Assembly: GCF_001194135.2 (NCBI RefSeq) | Contig: NC_068994.1 | Location: 6,629,731-6,693,730 of the forward strand | DNA length: 64,000 bases | Direction of reading: 5' to 3' | DNA from: Octopus bimaculoides | Taxonomy: Eukaryota | Part shown: piece after piece, positions 63,701 through 64,000 of the stretch | Layout of the letters: every line of letters starts with the position of its first letter | Position numbering within the stretch: position 1 is the first letter of the stretch | Position numbers and translations under genes: made by a program | Notes under the pieces: generated by a model | Told to the model about the DNA's origin: nothing | Databases searched by the model: none | The model's input: only the letters and a program-made list of their open reading frames with translations

Positions 63701-63850
63701 ACGTTGTATTTGTACATTCAGTGAAGTTTGTGACAAATGTCCTATAAGTGGATTTTCCAATGCTGGCACTATCATTATCAGTAACATCCATTCTGCTGCT
63801 GTTGGCAGCATTCAGTTTGGCAACGGCAGCCTCCGTTAATCCACTGTTAC
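27349..63850 (-). CDS. RRP12: RRP12-like protein gene (multi-exon; 32 coding exons traced, exon 1 outside window, one exon missing at N-gap)
   Basis: Spliced translation follows the RRP12 motif order as I recall it: [102 protein letters not shown]. All introns are GT-AG and exon phases chain correctly. Confidence 0.95.
28271..28353 (-). CDS. RRP12: RRP12 exon: [27 protein letters not shown]
   Basis: AG/GT flanks, 83 nt, phase 0 to 2. Confidence 0.95.
28964..29052 (-). CDS. RRP12: RRP12 exon: [29 protein letters not shown]
   Basis: AG/GT flanks, 89 nt, phase 1 to 0; GGxGIHRP and GxEYKxK motifs. Confidence 0.93.
29329..29699 (+). mobile_element. Composite of two tRNA-derived SINEs (family D 5' part plus family C) flanked by a 14-bp direct repeat
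   Basis: TGGGGTAAATACAA at 29315-29328 and 29700-29713. Confidence 0.75.
29950..30019 (-). CDS. RRP12: RRP12 exon: [23 protein letters not shown]
   Basis: AG/GT flanks, 70 nt, phase 0 to 1. Confidence 0.82.
30960..31033 (-). CDS. RRP12: RRP12 exon: [24 protein letters not shown]
   Basis: AG/GT flanks, 74 nt, phase 1 to 0; low-complexity region. Confidence 0.8.
31686..31793 (-). CDS. RRP12: RRP12 exon: [35 protein letters not shown]
   Basis: AG/GT flanks, 108 nt, phase 1 to 1; DGRLLI motif. Confidence 0.92.
32669..32874 (-). CDS. RRP12: RRP12 exon: [21 protein letters not shown]10...[24 protein letters not shown]
   Basis: AG/GT flanks, 206 nt, phase 2 to 1. Confidence 0.92.
33749..33901 (-). 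CDS. RRP12: RRP12 exon: [28 protein letters not shown]...VAAPAE
   Basis: AG/GT flanks, 153 nt, phase 2 to 2. Confidence 0.9.
34290..34381 (-). CDS. RRP12: RRP12 exon: [30 protein letters not shown]
   Basis: AG/GT flanks, 92 nt, phase 0 to 2. Confidence 0.92.
34708..34865 (-). CDS. RRP12: RRP12 exon: [35 protein letters not shown]...PYLEKL
   Basis: AG/GT flanks, 158 nt, phase 1 to 0. Confidence 0.9.
36145..36252 (-). CDS. RRP12: RRP12 exon: [35 protein letters not shown]
   Basis: AG/GT flanks, 108 nt, phase 1 to 1. Confidence 0.9.
36530..36830 (+). mobile_element. 3' fragment of a maT/Tc1-like transposon
   Basis: Frameshifted [56 protein letters not shown]. Confidence 0.7.
37826..37906 (-). 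CDS. RRP12: RRP12 exon: [27 protein letters not shown]
   Basis: AG/GT flanks, 81 nt. Confidence 0.92.
38466..38624 (-). CDS. RRP12: RRP12 exon: [19 protein letters not shown]...[11 protein letters not shown]
   Basis: AG/GT flanks, 159 nt. Confidence 0.92.
39356..39449 (-). CDS. RRP12: RRP12 exon: [31 protein letters not shown]
   Basis: AG/GT flanks, 94 nt, phase 2 to 0. Confidence 0.85.
40079..40140 (-). CDS. RRP12: RRP12 exon: [20 protein letters not shown]
   Basis: AG/GT flanks, 62 nt, phase 0 to 2 fits neighbours; weakly conserved. Confidence 0.75.
41039..41193 (-). CDS. RRP12: RRP12 exon: [23 protein letters not shown]...[14 protein letters not shown]
   Basis: AG/GT flanks, 155 nt, phase 1 to 0; [13 protein letters not shown] motif. 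Confidence 0.95.
41613..41724 (-). CDS. RRP12: RRP12 exon: [37 protein letters not shown]
   Basis: AG/GT flanks, 112 nt, phase 0 to 1. Confidence 0.92.
42570..42685 (-). CDS. RRP12: RRP12 exon: [38 protein letters not shown]
   Basis: AG/GT flanks, 116 nt, phase 1 to 0. Confidence 0.93.
42982..43172. mobile_element. Mariner-type MITE
   Basis: TA flanks; imperfect TIRs caaggatgtgttgaaaagttcctggcttt / aaagcaaggaacttttcagcacctcctca. Confidence 0.7.
43993..44114 (-). CDS. RRP12: RRP12 exon: [40 protein letters not shown]
   Basis: AG/GT flanks, 122 nt, phase 2 to 1; NUC173 motif FPRSWL. Confidence 0.93.
44200..44767. repeat. (GA)n-rich microsatellite region
   Basis: Long gagaga runs with short gtggaggtagagtg repeats. 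Confidence 0.85.
44827..44969 (-). CDS. RRP12: RRP12 exon: [47 protein letters not shown]
   Basis: AG/GT flanks, 143 nt, phase 0 to 2. Confidence 0.92.
45700..45735 (-). CDS. RRP12: RRP12 36-nt micro-exon: [12 protein letters not shown]
   Basis: ctttgtcag acceptor, GTAAG donor; fills the expected 12-residue gap in frame. Confidence 0.75.
46182..46361 (-). CDS. RRP12: RRP12 exon: [10 protein letters not shown]...[22 protein letters not shown]
   Basis: AG/GT flanks, 180 nt. Confidence 0.9.
47177..47288 (-). CDS. RRP12: RRP12 exon: [37 protein letters not shown]
   Basis: AG/GT flanks, 112 nt, phase 2 to 0. Confidence 0.88.
47884..47975 (-). CDS. RRP12: RRP12 exon: [30 protein letters not shown]
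   Basis: AG/GT flanks, 92 nt, phase 0 to 2. Confidence 0.92.
48717..48815 (-). CDS. RRP12: RRP12 exon: [33 protein letters not shown]
   Basis: AG/GT flanks, 99 nt. Confidence 0.9.
49649..49776 (-). CDS. RRP12: RRP12 exon: [19 protein letters not shown]...[10 protein letters not shown]
   Basis: AG/GT flanks, 128 nt, phase 1 to 0. Confidence 0.9.
50830..50968 (-). CDS. RRP12: RRP12 exon: [14 protein letters not shown]...[19 protein letters not shown]
   Basis: AG/GT flanks, 139 nt, phase 0 to 1. Confidence 0.9.
50987..51054. repeat. 17-bp tandem repeat, 4 perfect copies
   Basis: Unit ggagaatattagaagaa. Confidence 0.9.
51584..51700 (-). CDS. RRP12: RRP12 exon: [39 protein letters not shown]
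   Basis: AG/GT flanks, 117 nt. Confidence 0.9.
53087..53192 (-). CDS. RRP12: RRP12 exon: [35 protein letters not shown]
   Basis: AG/GT flanks, 106 nt, phase 2 to 0. Confidence 0.9.
53454..53529 (+). ncRNA. Minimal type I hammerhead ribozyme motif (Penelope-type, palindromic helix III)
   Basis: GTCT-CTGATGA-[imperfect stem II TGGAATACCCAGTG..CACTTGGGTTATCCCA]-GAAA-CAGCTG-TA-AGAC; helix I GTCT/AGAC; predicted GUA cleavage after 53525. Confidence 0.75.
53867..53943 (-). CDS. RRP12: RRP12 exon: [26 protein letters not shown]
   Basis: AG/GT flanks, 77 nt, phase 0 to 2. Confidence 0.85.
54211..54588 (-). mobile_element. Family B tRNA-derived SINE
   Basis: Collinear with 16238-16626. Confidence 0.85.
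54638..54797. repeat. 32-bp minisatellite, 5 copies, derived from a SINE tRNA head
   Basis: Unit cggtcacttgcttagtccgtgaatcaaaccca. Confidence 0.9.
54908..54991 (-). CDS. RRP12: RRP12 exon: [28 protein letters not shown]
   Basis: AG/GT flanks, 84 nt, highly conserved motif. Confidence 0.93.
57160..58353 (+). pseudogene. Decayed Tc1/mariner-superfamily (maT/DD37D-like) transposase, interrupted by a SINE
   Basis: Frameshifted fragments [35 protein letters not shown], and a DCNP-like and C-terminal EAE segment; multiple stops. Confidence 0.75.
61085..61480 (-). mobile_element. RTE-clade LINE 3' end (ORF2 C-terminus plus 3'UTR)
   Basis: Minus strand encodes [11 protein letters not shown]...[19 protein letters not shown]...EAMTSDQ, resembling the RTE WxGHVxR..G.R.RGRP tail, and runs into the family A repeat. 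Confidence 0.75.
63651..63850 (-). CDS. RRP12: RRP12 exon: (G)[12 protein letters not shown]...[24 protein letters not shown]
   Basis: Acceptor ctgcag at 63851-2, donor GTAAG at 63650; 200 nt, phase 1 to 0. Confidence 0.88.
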
Positions 63851-64000
63851 CTGCAGATATAATTAGATCTTAATTAGTTTTCTGACAACGATATTGATTT
63901 CAAATTTTGGCACAAGGTCAGCAATTTTTGGGGAGGGGCAAGTCGATTAAATTGGTCCCCACCCAGTGCTCAAGTGGCACTTATTTTATTGACCCTGAAA

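Overview
AT-rich, microsatellite- and SINE-dense eukaryotic genomic DNA with five N-gaps. The repeat families and C2H2 zinc-finger cluster suggest an octopod cephalopod (inference). Three protein-coding genes can be supported. (1) A 5'-truncated multi-C2H2 zinc-finger gene (<3-1931, +). (2) A 12-finger C2H2 gene with a single visible coding exon and an acidic tract (17969-19720, +). (3) A large minus-strand RRP12 (pre-rRNA processing, HEAT/NUC173) gene. I traced 32 phase-consistent GT-AG coding exons by hand from 63850 to the stop at 27349. Exon 1 lies beyond the window and one internal exon probably falls in the N-gap at 36871-37094. The rest is tRNA-derived SINEs, RTE-LINE 3' ends, piggyBac/hAT/mariner-type MITEs and decayed maT-type transposases. 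The most interesting unannotated signals: (a) several minimal type I hammerhead-ribozyme motifs with palindromic helix III (Penelope-type, dimer-dependent), one apparently intact at 53454-53529 next to a ~43-bp inverted repeat; (b) a tRNA-headed SINE carrying such a hammerhead and sitting as a head-to-head dimer at two separate loci; (c) a 124-codon Asp/Glu/Gly-rich ORF reading in frame through an RRP12 splice donor and followed by an A19 run; (d) a five-fold repeated finger pair in the second ZNF whose predicted site matches the head of the neighbouring SINE. All calls come from manual reading and recalled family knowledge; no database searches were run.
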